In this document: piece by piece, positions 11,383 through 22,248 of the stretch
Position numbering within the stretch: the stretch's first letter is position 1
Layout of the letters: every line of letters begins with the position of its first letter
Assembly (NCBI RefSeq): GCF_044324785.1
Contig: NZ_CP172127.1
Reading direction: 5' to 3' (one strand)
From: Escherichia coli
GTDB lineage: Bacteria > Pseudomonadota > Gammaproteobacteria > Enterobacterales > Enterobacteriaceae
DNA: 64,000 bases
Notes under the pieces: model-generated
The model's input: only the letters and a program-made list of their open reading frames with translations
The model's database searches: none
Told to the model about the DNA's origin: nothing
Made by a program: the position numbers and the translations under genes

Positions 11383-11921
11383 TGAACCCGCCAATTAATT
11401 TTTTGCCTTGGCGACAGCAACGCCGGACCGCTTTTCTTCGTTTCTGGTTACTGATGTTCGTTGCGCCTCTGCTGCTGGCCGTCGGGATAACGCTAATACT
11501 GCGTCTGACAAGCAACGCCGAAGCACGCGTAGACACTGTTTTGCTTCAGGCGGAACAACAACTCGCCCGCAGCTTACAGATAACGAAACCACGTTTGCTG
11601 GAGCGCCAACAAATTCGTGAGCAGCGTTTGCAAAGGCAGCGCCAGCGACAATTTACCCGCGACTGGCAATCTGCGCTGGAAGCACTGGCGGCGCTTTTAC
11701 CCGAGCACGCCTGGCTGACAACGATAAGCTGGCAGCAGGGAACGCTGGAGATCAAGGGGCTGACAACAAGCATTACCGCGTTAAACGCGCTGGAAACGTC
11801 ACTCCGCCAGGATGCTTTTTTTCATCTCAATCAGCGGGGGGCCACGCAGCAGGATGCGCAGGGACGCTGGCAATTTGAGTATCAGTTAACAAGGAAGGTT
11901 AGCGATGGACATGCTCTTTGA
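11382..11921 (+). CDS. hofN: PilN-like protein
   Basis: ORF track 179 aa with single N-terminal TM segment; start overlaps hofM stop. Confidence 0.85.
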   Translation: MNPPINFLPWRQQRRTAFLRFWLLMFVAPLLLAVGITLILRLTSNAEARVDTVLLQAEQQLARSLQITKPRLLERQQIREQRLQRQRQRQFTRDWQSALEALAALLPEHAWLTTISWQQGTLEIKGLTTSITALNALETSLRQDAFFHLNQRGATQQDAQGRWQFEYQLTRKVSDGHAL

Positions 11922-12345
11922 CTGGTGGTTCGCCGCATCACCCCGCCTCCGCCAGCTTTGCTGGGCATTCTGGTTGATGATGTTAGTTACGCTCATTTTT
12001 CTGTCATCGACACACCAGGGAGAGAGCGACGCATTAATTCGACTACGGGCGAGTCATCACCAGCAGTGGGCCGCACTGTATCGCCTGGTAGACACCACTC
12101 CCTTCAGCGAAGAAAAAACGCTGCCCTTTTCGCCACTGGATTTTCAGTTATCCGGCGCGCAACTGGTTTACTGGCATCCATCCGCGCAGGGAGGTGAGTT
12201 GGCGTTGAAAACGCTGTGGGAAGCAGTGCCGTCGGCATTTACACGGCTGGCAGAGCGCAACGTCAGCGTGAGCCGTTTTTCGTTAAGCGTGGAAGGTGAT
12301 GACCTTTTGTTCACGCTACAACTGGAGACGCCGCATGAGGGTTAA
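11905..12345 (+). CDS. hofO: PilO-like protein
   Basis: ORF track 146 aa; overlaps hofN 3' end. Confidence 0.82.
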   Translation: MDMLFDWWFAASPRLRQLCWAFWLMMLVTLIFLSSTHQGESDALIRLRASHHQQWAALYRLVDTTPFSEEKTLPFSPLDFQLSGAQLVYWHPSAQGGELALKTLWEAVPSAFTRLAERNVSVSRFSLSVEGDDLLFTLQLETPHEG

Positions 12346-12739
12346 ACGCTGGTTGTTGGCAGGTATTGCATTGTGCCTTTTAACCGGTATGCGTGACCCT
12401 TTTAAACCGCCGGAAGATCTATGCCGGATTAGCGAACTTAGCCAGTGGCGCTATCAGGGGATGGTAGGGCGAGGCGAGCGCATCATCGGTGTAATAAAAG
12501 ACGGGCAAAAAAAATGGCGACGGGTGCAGCAAAACGATGTGCTGGAAAACGGCTGGACGATCTTACAGCTGACGCCAGACGCACTAACGCTGGGAACCGG
12601 GACAAACTGCGAACCGCCACACTGGTTGTGGCAACGGCAAGGAGATACAAATGAAGCAATGGATAGCAGCACTACTGTTGATGCTGATACCCGGCGTACA
12701 GGCGGCAAAGCCGCAAAAAGTGACACTGATGGTGGATGA
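12335..12739 (+). CDS. hofP: PilP-like lipoprotein
   Basis: ORF track 147 aa trimmed to MRVKRWLLAGIALCLLTG (lipobox-like LTGM, then C). Confidence 0.8.
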   Translation: MRVKRWLLAGIALCLLTGMRDPFKPPEDLCRISELSQWRYQGMVGRGERIIGVIKDGQKKWRRVQQNDVLENGWTILQLTPDALTLGTGTNCEPPHWLWQRQGDTNEAMDSSTTVDADTRRTGGKAAKSDTDGG

Positions 12740-13889
12740 CGTTCCGGTAGCTCAGGTGTTGCAGGCGCTGGCTGAACAGGAGAAGTTGAACCTGGTGGTG
12801 TCGCCAGACGTCAGCGGTACGGTGTCGTTACATCTAACAGATGTTCCCTGGAAGCAAGCACTACAAACTGTAGTGAAAAGCGCCGGACTGATAACGCGTC
12901 AGGAGGGCAACATTCTCTCGGTGCATTCCGTTGCCTGGCAGAATGACAATATCGCCCGTCAGGAGGCGGAGCAGGCGCGGGCGCAGGCAAATCTGCCGCT
13001 GGAAAATCGCAGTATAACCCTGCAATACGCCGACGCGGGAGAACTGGCGAAAGCCGGGGAGAAGCTACTGAGTGCCAAAGGGAGTATGACCGTCGATAAA
13101 CGCACCAATCGCCTTTTGCTGCGAGATAACAAAACGGCGTTAAGCGCGCTTGAACAGTGGGTAGCGCAAATGGATCTGCCGGTCGGGCAGGTTGAGCTGT
13201 TGGCGCATATTGTCACCATTAATGAAAAAAGTTTGCGTGAGTTAGGCGTGAAATGGACGTTGGCTGATGCGCAACAAGCTGGTGGCGTTGGGCAAGTCAC
13301 CACGCTTGGCAGCGACCTCTCCGTAGCGACGGCGACAACGCATGTCGGTTTTAACATTGGACGCATCAACGGACGTTTACTGGATCTTGAGCTTTCCGCG
13401 CTCGAACAAAAACAGCAGCTGGATATTATCGCCAGTCCGCGTCTGCTGGCCTCTCATCTTCAGCCTGCCAGCATTAAACAGGGGAGCGAAATTCCATATC
13501 AGGTTTCCAGCGGGGAAAGTGGCGCGACGTCGGTGGAATTTAAAGAGGCCGTCCTGGGGATGGAGGTCACGCCCACGGTGTTACAAAAAGGTCGCATCCG
13601 GCTGAAATTACACATCAGCCAGAACGTTCCGGGGCAGGTGCTACAGCAGGCCGATGGCGAAGTGCTGGCGATTGATAAGCAGGAGATCGAAACGCAGGTC
13701 GAGGTCAAAAGCGGAGAAACGTTGGCGCTGGGTGGCATTTTTACCCGTAAAAATAAATCGGGGCAGGATAGCGTACCGTTGCTTGGCGACATTCCCTGGT
13801 TCGGGCAATTATTTCGTCATGACGGAAAAGAAGATGAACGACGCGAGTTAGTGGTGTTTATCACGCCACGACTGGTTTCCAGTGAGTAA
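12651..13889 (+). CDS. hofQ: secretin (PilQ/ComE-like outer-membrane channel)
   Basis: ORF track 412 aa; signal peptide; secretin C-domain motifs (GGIFTRKNKSG...VPLLGDIPWFGQLF). Confidence 0.9.
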   Translation: MKQWIAALLLMLIPGVQAAKPQKVTLMVDDVPVAQVLQALAEQEKLNLVVSPDVSGTVSLHLTDVPWKQALQTVVKSAGLITRQEGNILSVHSVAWQNDNIARQEAEQARAQANLPLENRSITLQYADAGELAKAGEKLLSAKGSMTVDKRTNRLLLRDNKTALSALEQWVAQMDLPVGQVELLAHIVTINEKSLRELGVKWTLADAQQAGGVGQVTTLGSDLSVATATTHVGFNIGRINGRLLDLELSALEQKQQLDIIASPRLLASHLQPASIKQGSEIPYQVSSGESGATSVEFKEAVLGMEVTPTVLQKGRIRLKLHISQNVPGQVLQQADGEVLAIDKQEIETQVEVKSGETLALGGIFTRKNKSGQDSVPLLGDIPWFGQLFRHDGKEDERRELVVFITPRLVSSE

Positions 13890-14289
13890 ACAGCCGTAAA
13901 AGCGGTAATGTTTTTACGCTGAACGTGTTTCATCTATTTGACGCGCGCAGGTATTTAGCATACAAGGAGTACCGATTTGAGAGTTGGTGCTCTTCGCTGC
14001 CTGCGTTCCATGATGATGATTTATCATTCAGGCGGCATTTTGCTGTCTTTTTTACGCTAATCTTACCCGGTGATTTATCGCCAGAGCGGTGGTAGCAAGG
14101 CAGCGCGCTTGCAGCGACCAGATATGCAGGGGGATGGGTGATTTATTCAGTTGCCAAACCCGCTGGAGTATTGAGATAATTTTCAGTCTGACTCTCGCAA
14201 TATCTTATGAGGTTTCAGTTCATGTCCTGCGGCGCTCTCTGAGCGAAGCGGGTTTATCATTAACGAATAGTCTTAGTAGTACCGAAAAA

Positions 14290-14811
14290 ATGGCAGAGAA
14301 ACGCAATATCTTTCTGGTTGGGCCTATGGGTGCCGGAAAAAGCACTATTGGGCGCCAGTTAGCTCAACAACTCAATATGGAATTTTACGATTCCGATCAA
14401 GAGATTGAGAAACGAACCGGAGCTGATGTGGGCTGGGTTTTCGATTTAGAAGGCGAAGAAGGCTTCCGCGATCGCGAAGAAAAGGTCATCAATGAGTTGA
14501 CCGAGAAACAGGGTATTGTGCTGGCTACTGGCGGCGGCTCTGTGAAATCCCGCGAAACGCGTAACCGTCTTTCCGCACGTGGCGTTGTCGTTTATCTTGA
14601 AACGACCATCGAAAAGCAACTTGCACGCACGCAGCGTGATAAAAAACGCCCGTTGCTGCACGTTGAAACACCGCCGCGTGAAGTTCTGGAAGCGTTGGCC
14701 AATGAACGCAATCCGCTGTATGAAGAGATTGCCGACGTGACCATTCGTACTGATGATCAAAGCGCTAAAGTGGTCGCAAACCAGATTATTCACATGCTGG
14801 AAAGCAACTAA
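14290..14811 (+). CDS. aroK: shikimate kinase I
   Basis: [22 protein letters not shown]-loop; ORF track entry (14089) begins upstream, conserved ATG at 14290. Confidence 0.95.
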   Translation: MAEKRNIFLVGPMGAGKSTIGRQLAQQLNMEFYDSDQEIEKRTGADVGWVFDLEGEEGFRDREEKVINELTEKQGIVLATGGGSVKSRETRNRLSARGVVVYLETTIEKQLARTQRDKKRPLLHVETPPREVLEALANERNPLYEEIADVTIRTDDQSAKVVANQIIHMLESN

Positions 14812-14867
14812 TTCTGGCTTTATATACACTCGTCTGCGGGTACAGTAATTAAGGTGGATGTCGCGTT

Positions 14868-15956
14868 ATGGAGAGGATTGTCGTTACTCTCGGGGAACGT
14901 AGTTACCCAATTACCATCGCATCTGGTTTGTTTAATGAACCAGCTTCATTCTTACCGCTGAAATCGGGCGAGCAGGTCATGTTGGTCACCAACGAAACCC
15001 TGGCTCCTCTGTATCTCGATAAGGTCCGCGGCGTACTTGAACAGGCGGGTGTTAACGTCGATAGCGTTATCCTCCCTGACGGCGAGCAGTATAAAAGCCT
15101 GGCTGTACTCGATACCGTCTTTACGGCGTTGTTACAAAAGCCGCATGGTCGCGATACTACGCTGGTGGCGCTTGGCGGCGGCGTAGTGGGCGATCTGACC
15201 GGCTTTGCGGCGGCGAGTTATCAGCGCGGTGTACGTTTCATTCAAGTCCCGACGACGTTGCTGTCGCAGGTCGATTCCTCCGTTGGCGGCAAAACTGCGG
15301 TCAACCATCCCCTCGGTAAAAACATGATTGGCGCGTTCTACCAGCCTGCTTCAGTGGTGGTGGATCTCGACTGTCTGAAAACGCTTCCCCCGCGTGAGTT
15401 AGCGTCGGGGCTGGCAGAAGTCATCAAATACGGCATTATTCTTGACGGTGCGTTTTTCAACTGGCTGGAAGAGAATCTGGATGCGTTGTTGCGTCTGGAC
15501 GGTCCGGCAATGGCGTACTGTATTCGCCGTTGTTGTGAACTGAAGGCAGAAGTTGTCGCCGCCGACGAGCGCGAAACCGGGTTACGTGCTTTACTGAATC
15601 TGGGACACACCTTTGGTCATGCCATTGAAGCTGAAATGGGGTATGGCAATTGGTTACACGGTGAATCGGTCGCTGCGGGTATGGTGATGGCGGCGCGGAC
15701 GTCGGAACGTCTCGGGCAGTTTAGTTCTGCCGAAACGCAGCGTATTATAACCCTGCTCACGCGGGCTGGGTTACCGGTCAATGGGCCGCGCGAAATGTCT
15801 GCGCAGGCGTATTTACCGCATATGCTGCGTGACAAGAAAGTCCTTGCGGGAGAGATGCGCTTAATTCTTCCGTTGGCAATTGGTAAGAGTGAAGTTCGCA
15901 GCGGCGTTTCGCACGAGCTTGTTCTTAACGCCATTGCCGATTGTCAATCAGCGTAA
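14868..15956 (+). CDS. aroB: 3-dehydroquinate synthase
   Basis: ORF track 362 aa; NAD-binding GGGVVGD motif. Confidence 0.95.
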   Translation: MERIVVTLGERSYPITIASGLFNEPASFLPLKSGEQVMLVTNETLAPLYLDKVRGVLEQAGVNVDSVILPDGEQYKSLAVLDTVFTALLQKPHGRDTTLVALGGGVVGDLTGFAAASYQRGVRFIQVPTTLLSQVDSSVGGKTAVNHPLGKNMIGAFYQPASVVVDLDCLKTLPPRELASGLAEVIKYGIILDGAFFNWLEENLDALLRLDGPAMAYCIRRCCELKAEVVAADERETGLRALLNLGHTFGHAIEAEMGYGNWLHGESVAAGMVMAARTSERLGQFSSAETQRIITLLTRAGLPVNGPREMSAQAYLPHMLRDKKVLAGEMRLILPLAIGKSEVRSGVSHELVLNAIADCQSA

Positions 15957-16047
15957 CAACAAGAAAGGTCAGGCCGCTTATCAAGCGGTCTATTAGCTTC
16001 AGGTTAATTGCAACGTGGTAAGCATTAACCTTTTAGTGGGGTGTTAA

Positions 16048-17334
16048 ATGGATGAATTCAAACCAGAAGACGAGCTGAAACCCGATCCCAGCGATCGTCG
16101 TACTGGTCGTTCTCGTCAATCTTCTGAACGTTCTGAGCGTACTGAACGTGGCGAACCGCAGATCAATTTTGATGATATTGAACTTGATGACACTGACGAT
16201 CGCCGTCCGACTCGTGCGCAAAAAGAGCGCAATGAGGAACCGGAAATCGAAGAAGAAATTGACGAATCCGAAGATGAAACCGTGGATGAAGAGCGCGTAG
16301 AGCGTCGTCCGCGTAAGCGCAAAAAAGCAGCCAGTAAACCCGCTTCTCGTCAGTATATGATGATGGGCGTCGGCATTCTGGTTCTCCTGCTGTTGATCAT
16401 CGGTATCGGTTCTGCGCTAAAAGCCCCCTCGACCTCTTCCAGCGATCAAACCGCGTCTGGCGAGAAGAGTATTGATCTTGCTGGCAATGCGACCGATCAG
16501 GCGAATGGCGTGCAGCCAGCGCCGGGAACCACGTCTGCGGAAAATACTCAGCAGGATGTTTCTCTGCCGCCGATCTCTTCTACGCCGACTCAAGGGCAAA
16601 CCCCGGCGTCAACGGATGGTCAACAACGTGTTGAAGTGCAGGGTGACCTGAACAATGCGCTGACCCAGCCACAAAATCAGCAACAGCTGAACAATGTGGC
16701 GGTCAATTCTACATTGCCGACTGAACCCGCGACGGTCGCGCCTGTTCGCAATGGCAATGCATCGCGTGACACGGCGAAAACGCAAACCGCTGAACGTCCG
16801 GCCACTACGCGTCCAGCTCGCCAGCAGGCGGTGATTGAACCGAAAAAACCGCAAGCAACCGTGAAAACGGAGCCGAAGCCGGTAGCACAGACGCCGAAGC
16901 GTACTGAACCAGCTGCTCCTGTGGCAAGCACAAAGGCACCGGCTGCGACTTCTACGCCAGCACCAAAAGAGACGGCGACTACGGCTCCAGTACAGACGGC
17001 ATCCCCGGCGCAAACCACGGCAACACCAGCCGCTGGAGGGAAGACCGCAGGTAATGTTGGTTCGTTGAAATCGGCACCGTCCAGCCATTACACTCTGCAG
17101 CTGAGCAGTTCCTCTAACTACGACAACCTGAACGGTTGGGCGAAGAAAGAGAATCTGAAAAACTACGTTGTCTATGAAACGACGCGTAATGGTCAGCCGT
17201 GGTATGTCCTGGTTTCTGGCGTGTACGCTTCGAAAGAAGAGGCGAAAAAAGCGGTATCTACATTGCCAGCAGATGTCCAGGCCAAAAACCCGTGGGCGAA
17301 ACCGCTGCGTCAGGTACAGGCCGATCTGAAGTAA
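16048..17334 (+). CDS. damX: DamX cell-division protein (low-complexity linker, C-terminal SPOR domain)
   Basis: ORF track 428 aa; acidic N-terminus, TM segment, long P/T/A/Q-rich tract, SPOR-like C-terminus. Confidence 0.92.
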   Translation: MDEFKPEDELKPDPSDRRTGRSRQSSERSERTERGEPQINFDDIELDDTDDRRPTRAQKERNEEPEIEEEIDESEDETVDEERVERRPRKRKKAASKPASRQYMMMGVGILVLLLLIIGIGSALKAPSTSSSDQTASGEKSIDLAGNATDQANGVQPAPGTTSAENTQQDVSLPPISSTPTQGQTPASTDGQQRVEVQGDLNNALTQPQNQQQLNNVAVNSTLPTEPATVAPVRNGNASRDTAKTQTAERPATTRPARQQAVIEPKKPQATVKTEPKPVAQTPKRTEPAAPVASTKAPAATSTPAPKETATTAPVQTASPAQTTATPAAGGKTAGNVGSLKSAPSSHYTLQLSSSSNYDNLNGWAKKENLKNYVVYETTRNGQPWYVLVSGVYASKEEAKKAVSTLPADVQAKNPWAKPLRQVQADLK

Positions 17335-17440
17335 TCAAGGTTATCTCCCGCAATGGTTTATCGTTGCGGGAGTTGCCTGAAGCGCTGGATGCTGTCGGAG
17401 CTTTCTCCACAGCCGGAGAAGGTGTAATTAGTTAGTCAGC

Positions 17441-18277
17441 ATGAAGAAAAATCGCGCTTTTTTGAAGTGGGCAGGGGGCAAGTATCCCCTGCTTGATGAT
17501 ATTAAACGGCATTTGCCTAAGGGCGAATGTCTGGTTGAGCCTTTTGTAGGTGCCGGGTCGGTGTTTCTCAACACCGACTTTTCTCGTTATATCCTTGCCG
17601 ATATCAATAGCGACCTGATCAGTCTCTATAACATTGTGAAGATGCGTACTGATGAGTACGTACAGGCCGCACGCGAGCTGTTTGTTCCCGAAACAAATTG
17701 CGCCGAGGTTTACTATCAGTTCCGCGAAGAGTTCAACAAAAGCCAGGATCCGTTCCGTCGGGCGGTACTGTTTTTATATTTGAACCGCTACGGTTACAAC
17801 GGTCTGTGTCGTTACAATCTGCGCGGTGAGTTTAACGTGCCGTTTGGCCGCTACAAAAAACCCTATTTCCCGGAAGCAGAGTTGTATCACTTCGCTGAAA
17901 AAGCGCAGAATGCCTTTTTCTACTGTGAGTCTTACGCCGATAGCATGGCGCGCGCAGATGATGCATCCGTCGTCTATTGCGATCCGCCTTATGCGCCGCT
18001 GTCTGCGACCGCCAACTTTACGGCGTATCACACAAACAGTTTTACGCTTGAACAACAAGCGCATCTGGCGGAGATCGCCGAAGGTCTGGTTGATCGCCAT
18101 ATTCCAGTGCTGATCTCCAATCACGATACGATGTTAACGCGTGAGTGGTATCAGCGCGCAAAATTGCATGTCGTCAAAGTTCGACGCAGTATAAGCAGCA
18201 ACGGCGGCACACGTAAAAAGGTGGACGAACTGCTGGCTTTGTACAAACCAGGAGTCGTTTCACCCGCGAAAAAATAA
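17441..18277 (+). CDS. dam: DNA adenine methyltransferase (GATC)
   Basis: ORF track 278 aa; catalytic DPPY motif ([12 protein letters not shown]). Confidence 0.96.
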   Translation: MKKNRAFLKWAGGKYPLLDDIKRHLPKGECLVEPFVGAGSVFLNTDFSRYILADINSDLISLYNIVKMRTDEYVQAARELFVPETNCAEVYYQFREEFNKSQDPFRRAVLFLYLNRYGYNGLCRYNLRGEFNVPFGRYKKPYFPEAELYHFAEKAQNAFFYCESYADSMARADDASVVYCDPPYAPLSATANFTAYHTNSFTLEQQAHLAEIAEGLVDRHIPVLISNHDTMLTREWYQRAKLHVVKVRRSISSNGGTRKKVDELLALYKPGVVSPAKK

Positions 18278-18294
18278 TTCTCAAGGAGAAGCGG

Positions 18295-18972
18295 ATGAAA
18301 CAGTATTTGATTGCCCCCTCAATTCTGTCGGCTGATTTTGCCCGCCTGGGTGAAGATACCGCAAAAGCCCTGGCAGCTGGCGCTGATGTCGTGCATTTTG
18401 ACGTCATGGATAACCACTATGTTCCCAATCTGACTATTGGGCCAATGGTGCTGAAATCCTTGCGTAACTACGGCATTACCGCCCCTATCGACGTACACCT
18501 GATGGTGAAACCCGTCGATCGCATTGTGCCTGATTTCGCTGCCGCTGGTGCCAGCATCATTACCTTTCATCCAGAAGCCTCCGAGCATGTTGATCGCACG
18601 CTGCAACTGATTAAAGAAAATGGCTGTAAAGCGGGTCTGGTATTTAATCCGGCGACACCGCTGAGCTATCTGGATTACGTGATGGATAAGTTGGATGTGA
18701 TCCTGCTGATGTCCGTCAACCCTGGTTTCGGCGGTCAGTCTTTCATTCCGCAAACACTGGATAAACTGCGCGAAGTACGTCGTCGTATCGACGAGTCTGG
18801 CTTTGACATTCGACTGGAAGTTGACGGTGGCGTGAAGGTGAACAACATTGGCGAAATCGCTGCGGCGGGCGCGGATATGTTCGTTGCCGGTTCGGCAATC
18901 TTCGACCAGCCAGACTACAAAAAAGTCATTGATGAAATGCGCAGTGAACTGGCAAAGGTAAGTCATGAATAA
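18295..18972 (+). CDS. rpe: ribulose-5-phosphate 3-epimerase
   Basis: ORF track 225 aa; [21 protein letters not shown]. Confidence 0.95.
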   Translation: MKQYLIAPSILSADFARLGEDTAKALAAGADVVHFDVMDNHYVPNLTIGPMVLKSLRNYGITAPIDVHLMVKPVDRIVPDFAAAGASIITFHPEASEHVDRTLQLIKENGCKAGLVFNPATPLSYLDYVMDKLDVILLMSVNPGFGGQSFIPQTLDKLREVRRRIDESGFDIRLEVDGGVKVNNIGEIAAAGADMFVAGSAIFDQPDYKKVIDEMRSELAKVSHE

Positions 18973-19723
18973 GTTTGAAGATATTCGCGGCGTCGCTTTT
19001 GATCTCGATGGTACGCTGGTAGACAGTGCTCCTGGCTTGGCTACCGCAGTAGATATGGCGCTGTATGCGCTGGAGTTGCCCGTCGCAGGTGAAGAACGCG
19101 TTATAACCTGGATTGGTAACGGCGCAGATGTTCTGATGGAGCGCGCATTGACCTGGGCGCGTCAGGAACGTGCGACTCTGCGTAAAACAATGGGTAAACC
19201 GCCCGTTGATGACGACATTCCGGCAGAAGAACAAGTACGTATTCTGCGTAAACTGTTCGATCGCTACTATGGCGAGGTTGCCGAAGAGGGGACGTTTTTG
19301 TTCCCGCACGTTGCCGATACGCTGGGCGCATTGCAGGCTAAAGGCCTGCCGTTGGGCCTGGTCACCAACAAACCGACGCCGTTCGTCGCGCCGCTGCTGG
19401 AAGCCTTAGATATCGCTAAATACTTCAGCGTGGTGATTGGTGGTGATGATGTGCAAAACAAAAAACCGCATCCGGACCCGCTGTTACTGGTGGCTGAGCG
19501 GATGGGAATTGCTCCACAACAGATGCTGTTTGTTGGCGACTCACGCAATGATATTCAGGCAGCAAAAGCGGCAGGTTGCCCATCAGTTGGCTTAACCTAC
19601 GGATATAACTACGGCGAGGCTATCGATCTCAGCCAGCCTGATGTAATTTATCAGTCTATAAATGACCTTCTGCCCGCATTAGGGCTTCCGCATAGCGAAA
19701 ATCAGGAATCGAAAAATGACTAA
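18965..19723 (+). CDS. gph: phosphoglycolate phosphatase (HAD)
   Basis: ORF track 252 aa; HAD motif [10 protein letters not shown]; overlaps rpe stop. Confidence 0.94.
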   Translation: MNKFEDIRGVAFDLDGTLVDSAPGLATAVDMALYALELPVAGEERVITWIGNGADVLMERALTWARQERATLRKTMGKPPVDDDIPAEEQVRILRKLFDRYYGEVAEEGTFLFPHVADTLGALQAKGLPLGLVTNKPTPFVAPLLEALDIAKYFSVVIGGDDVQNKKPHPDPLLLVAERMGIAPQQMLFVGDSRNDIQAAKAAGCPSVGLTYGYNYGEAIDLSQPDVIYQSINDLLPALGLPHSENQESKND

Positions 19724-20720
19724 GCCCATCGTTTTTAGTGGCGCACAGCCCTCAGGTGAATTGACCATTGGTAACTACATGGGTGCGCTGCGTCAGTGGG
19801 TAAACATGCAGGATGACTACCATTGCATTTACTGTATCGTTGACCAACACGCGATCACCGTGCGCCAGGATGCACAGAAGCTGCGTAAAGCGACGCTGGA
19901 TACGCTGGCCTTGTATCTGGCTTGTGGTATCGATCCTGAGAAAAGCACCATTTTTGTTCAGTCCCACGTGCCGGAACATGCGCAGTTAGGCTGGGCACTG
20001 AACTGCTATACCTACTTCGGCGAACTGAGCCGCATGACGCAGTTTAAAGATAAATCTGCGCGTTATGCCGAGAACATCAATGCTGGTCTGTTTGACTATC
20101 CGGTGCTGATGGCAGCGGACATCCTGCTGTATCAAACTAATCTGGTACCGGTGGGTGAAGACCAGAAACAGCACCTGGAACTGAGCCGCGATATCGCCCA
20201 GCGTTTCAACGCGCTGTATGGCGAGATCTTTAAAGTGCCGGAGCCGTTTATTCCGAAATCTGGCGCGCGCGTAATGTCGCTGCTGGAGCCGACCAAAAAG
20301 ATGTCCAAGTCTGACGATAACCGCAATAACGTTATCGGCCTGCTGGAAGATCCGAAATCGGTAGTGAAGAAAATCAAACGTGCGGTCACTGACTCCGACG
20401 AGCCGCCGGTAGTTCGCTACGATGTGCAGAACAAAGCGGGCGTTTCCAACCTGCTGGATATCCTTTCTGCGGTAACGGGCCAGAGCATCCCGGAACTGGA
20501 AAAACAGTTCGAAGGCAAGATGTATGGTCATCTGAAAGGTGAAGTGGCTGATGCCGTTTCCGGTATGCTGACTGAATTGCAGGAACGCTATCACCGTTTC
20601 CGCAACGATGAAGCCTTCCTGCAACAGGTGATGAAAGATGGCGCGGAAAAAGCCAGCGCGCACGCTTCCCGTACGCTAAAAGCGGTGTACGAAGCGATTG
20701 GTTTTGTGGCGAAGCCGTAA
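19716..20720 (+). CDS. trpS: tryptophanyl-tRNA synthetase
   Basis: ORF track 334 aa; class I motifs (TIGN, KMSKS). Confidence 0.96.
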   Translation: MTKPIVFSGAQPSGELTIGNYMGALRQWVNMQDDYHCIYCIVDQHAITVRQDAQKLRKATLDTLALYLACGIDPEKSTIFVQSHVPEHAQLGWALNCYTYFGELSRMTQFKDKSARYAENINAGLFDYPVLMAADILLYQTNLVPVGEDQKQHLELSRDIAQRFNALYGEIFKVPEPFIPKSGARVMSLLEPTKKMSKSDDNRNNVIGLLEDPKSVVKKIKRAVTDSDEPPVVRYDVQNKAGVSNLLDILSAVTGQSIPELEKQFEGKMYGHLKGEVADAVSGMLTELQERYHRFRNDEAFLQQVMKDGAEKASAHASRTLKAVYEAIGFVAKP

Positions 20721-20735
20721 TTTAACATTAATGCC

Positions 20736-20762
20736 AAAAACCGGGGAAACCCGGTTTTTTTT
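20736..20762 (+). terminator. rho-independent terminator of the aroK...trpS transcription unit
   Basis: aaaaa ccggg gaaa cccgg tttttttt, 16 nt after the trpS stop. Confidence 0.88.
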
Positions 20763-20880
20763 ATCCTCATTTGCAATAATCCGAAAAAATGTGAAGCGCC
20801 TCGCCGTTTCCACATCTCGCAGTTGCCACTTATCTTCATTTTTATGAAGATATAAATATTCACTTTATTGAAAATTTACT

Positions 20881-21786
20881 ATGCGTCGAACGTTTATCAA
20901 AAAAGAAGGCGTCGTCATCACGACACTGGCCCGTTATTTGTTGGGTGAAAAGTGCGGTAATCGACTGAAAACCATAGATGAGCTGGCAACTGAATGCCGT
21001 TCATCCGTTGGCCTGACGCAGGCCGCGTTGAAAACGCTGGAATCAAGCGGAGCGATACGGATTGAACGCCGTGGGCGCAATGGCAGTTATCTGGTGGAAA
21101 TGGATAACAAAGCATTGCTGAGTCATGTGGATATCAACAATGTGGTGTGCGCGATGCCCTTGCCCTATACCCGTTTGTACGAAGGCCTGGCGAGCGGATT
21201 GAAAGCTCAGTTTGATGGCATTCCTTTTTACTATGCGCATATGCGCGGCGCGGATATTCGCGTGGAGTGTTTACTTAACGGCGTGTATGACATGGCGGTT
21301 GTTTCCCGACTGGCGGCGGAAAGTTATCTCACGCAAAAAGGCTTATGCCTCGCGCTGGAGTTGGGGCCGCACACCTACGTTGGCGAGCACCAGTTGATTT
21401 GCCGTAAAGGCGAGTCCGCAAACGTGAAGCGTGTGGGGCTGGATAACCGTTCGGCGGATCAGAAAATCATGACCGATGTTTTTTTTGGCGATACGGATGT
21501 GGAACGAGTCGATCTCTCCTATCACGAGAGTTTACAACGCATTGTTAAAGGCGATGTTGATGCGGTTATCTGGAACGTGGTGGCGGAAAACGAACTGACC
21601 ATGCTGGGATTAGAAGCGACGCCGCTCACAGATGATCCGCGATTTTTACAGGCCACCGAAGCCGTGGTCCTGACGCGAGTCGATGATTACCCAATGCAAC
21701 AACTGCTGCGTGCAGTTGTTGATAAACATGCCCTGCTTGCCCATCAACAACGCGTGGTGAGTGGGGAACAGGAACCCAGTTATTAA
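20881..21786 (+). CDS. yhfZ: putative transcriptional regulator of the yhf cluster
   Basis: ORF track 301 aa; first gene of the co-directional yhfZ...yhfS block. Confidence 0.8.
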   Translation: MRRTFIKKEGVVITTLARYLLGEKCGNRLKTIDELATECRSSVGLTQAALKTLESSGAIRIERRGRNGSYLVEMDNKALLSHVDINNVVCAMPLPYTRLYEGLASGLKAQFDGIPFYYAHMRGADIRVECLLNGVYDMAVVSRLAAESYLTQKGLCLALELGPHTYVGEHQLICRKGESANVKRVGLDNRSADQKIMTDVFFGDTDVERVDLSYHESLQRIVKGDVDAVIWNVVAENELTMLGLEATPLTDDPRFLQATEAVVLTRVDDYPMQQLLRAVVDKHALLAHQQRVVSGEQEPSY

Positions 21787-21802
21787 ACGAAAGGCATCTG
21801 AT

Positions 21803-22165
21803 ATGGAAACCAGACTCAACCTGCTTTGCGATGCAGGCGTTATTGATAAGGACATCTGCAAAGGCATGATGCAGGTCGTCAAGGTACTGGAAACAGAGTG
21901 CCATCTGCCGGTGCGCAGTGAGCAAGGAACGATGGCAATGACACATATGGCGAGTGCACTGATGCGCAGTCGCCGTGGTGAAGAAATAGAGCCGCTGGAC
22001 GCCGAATTGCTGGCAGAACTGGCGCAATCCAGCCACTGGCAAGCCGTTGTGCAATTGCATCAGGTGTTGTTGAAGGAATTTACACTGGAAGTTAACCCGT
22101 GTGAAGAAGGCTATTTGCTGGCCAACCTTTATGGATTATGGATGGCTGCTAACGAAGAGGTTTGA
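21803..22165 (+). CDS. yhfY: small PRD-domain-like regulatory protein (family assignment from recollection)
   Basis: ORF track 134 aa trimmed to METRLNLLCD. Confidence 0.75.
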   Translation: METRLNLLCDAGVIDKDICKGMMQVVKVLETECHLPVRSEQGTMAMTHMASALMRSRRGEEIEPLDAELLAELAQSSHWQAVVQLHQVLLKEFTLEVNPCEEGYLLANLYGLWMAANEEV

Positions 22166-22195
22166 AGCTCCCGACAAATCCACGTCGCACAACCT

Positions 22196-22219
22196 AAATA
22201 TTCAAAAAAATGAATATTT
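22196..22219. promoter_or_regulatory. perfect 9-6-9 inverted repeat (candidate operator or RNA hairpin) in the yhfY-yhfX gap
   Basis: AAATATTCA aaaaaa TGAATATTT, 30 nt upstream of the yhfX ATG. Confidence 0.4.
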
Positions 22220-22248
22220 AATTCAAGGAACAGAAACGAGGCAACAAG

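Noticed and set aside
14089-14289. N-terminally extended ORF-track starts (e.g. aroK from 14089; similar extensions for yrfG, hofM, hofP, frlR, frlC, frlB, frlA, yhfU, yheO, rpsL, yhfK, hslO)
   Set aside because: The extensions begin at GTG/TTG or upstream ATG without SD support, whereas conserved N-termini with P-loop, HTH or signal-peptide features begin at internal starts; features were trimmed accordingly.
16609-17088. Repetitive antisense ORFs (159 and 113 aa) and apparent short repeats within damX; possible repeat array
   Set aside because: The periodicity reflects the P/T/A/Q-rich low-complexity linker of DamX on the sense strand; there are no regular direct repeats with unique spacers, so it is neither a CRISPR array nor a separate gene.
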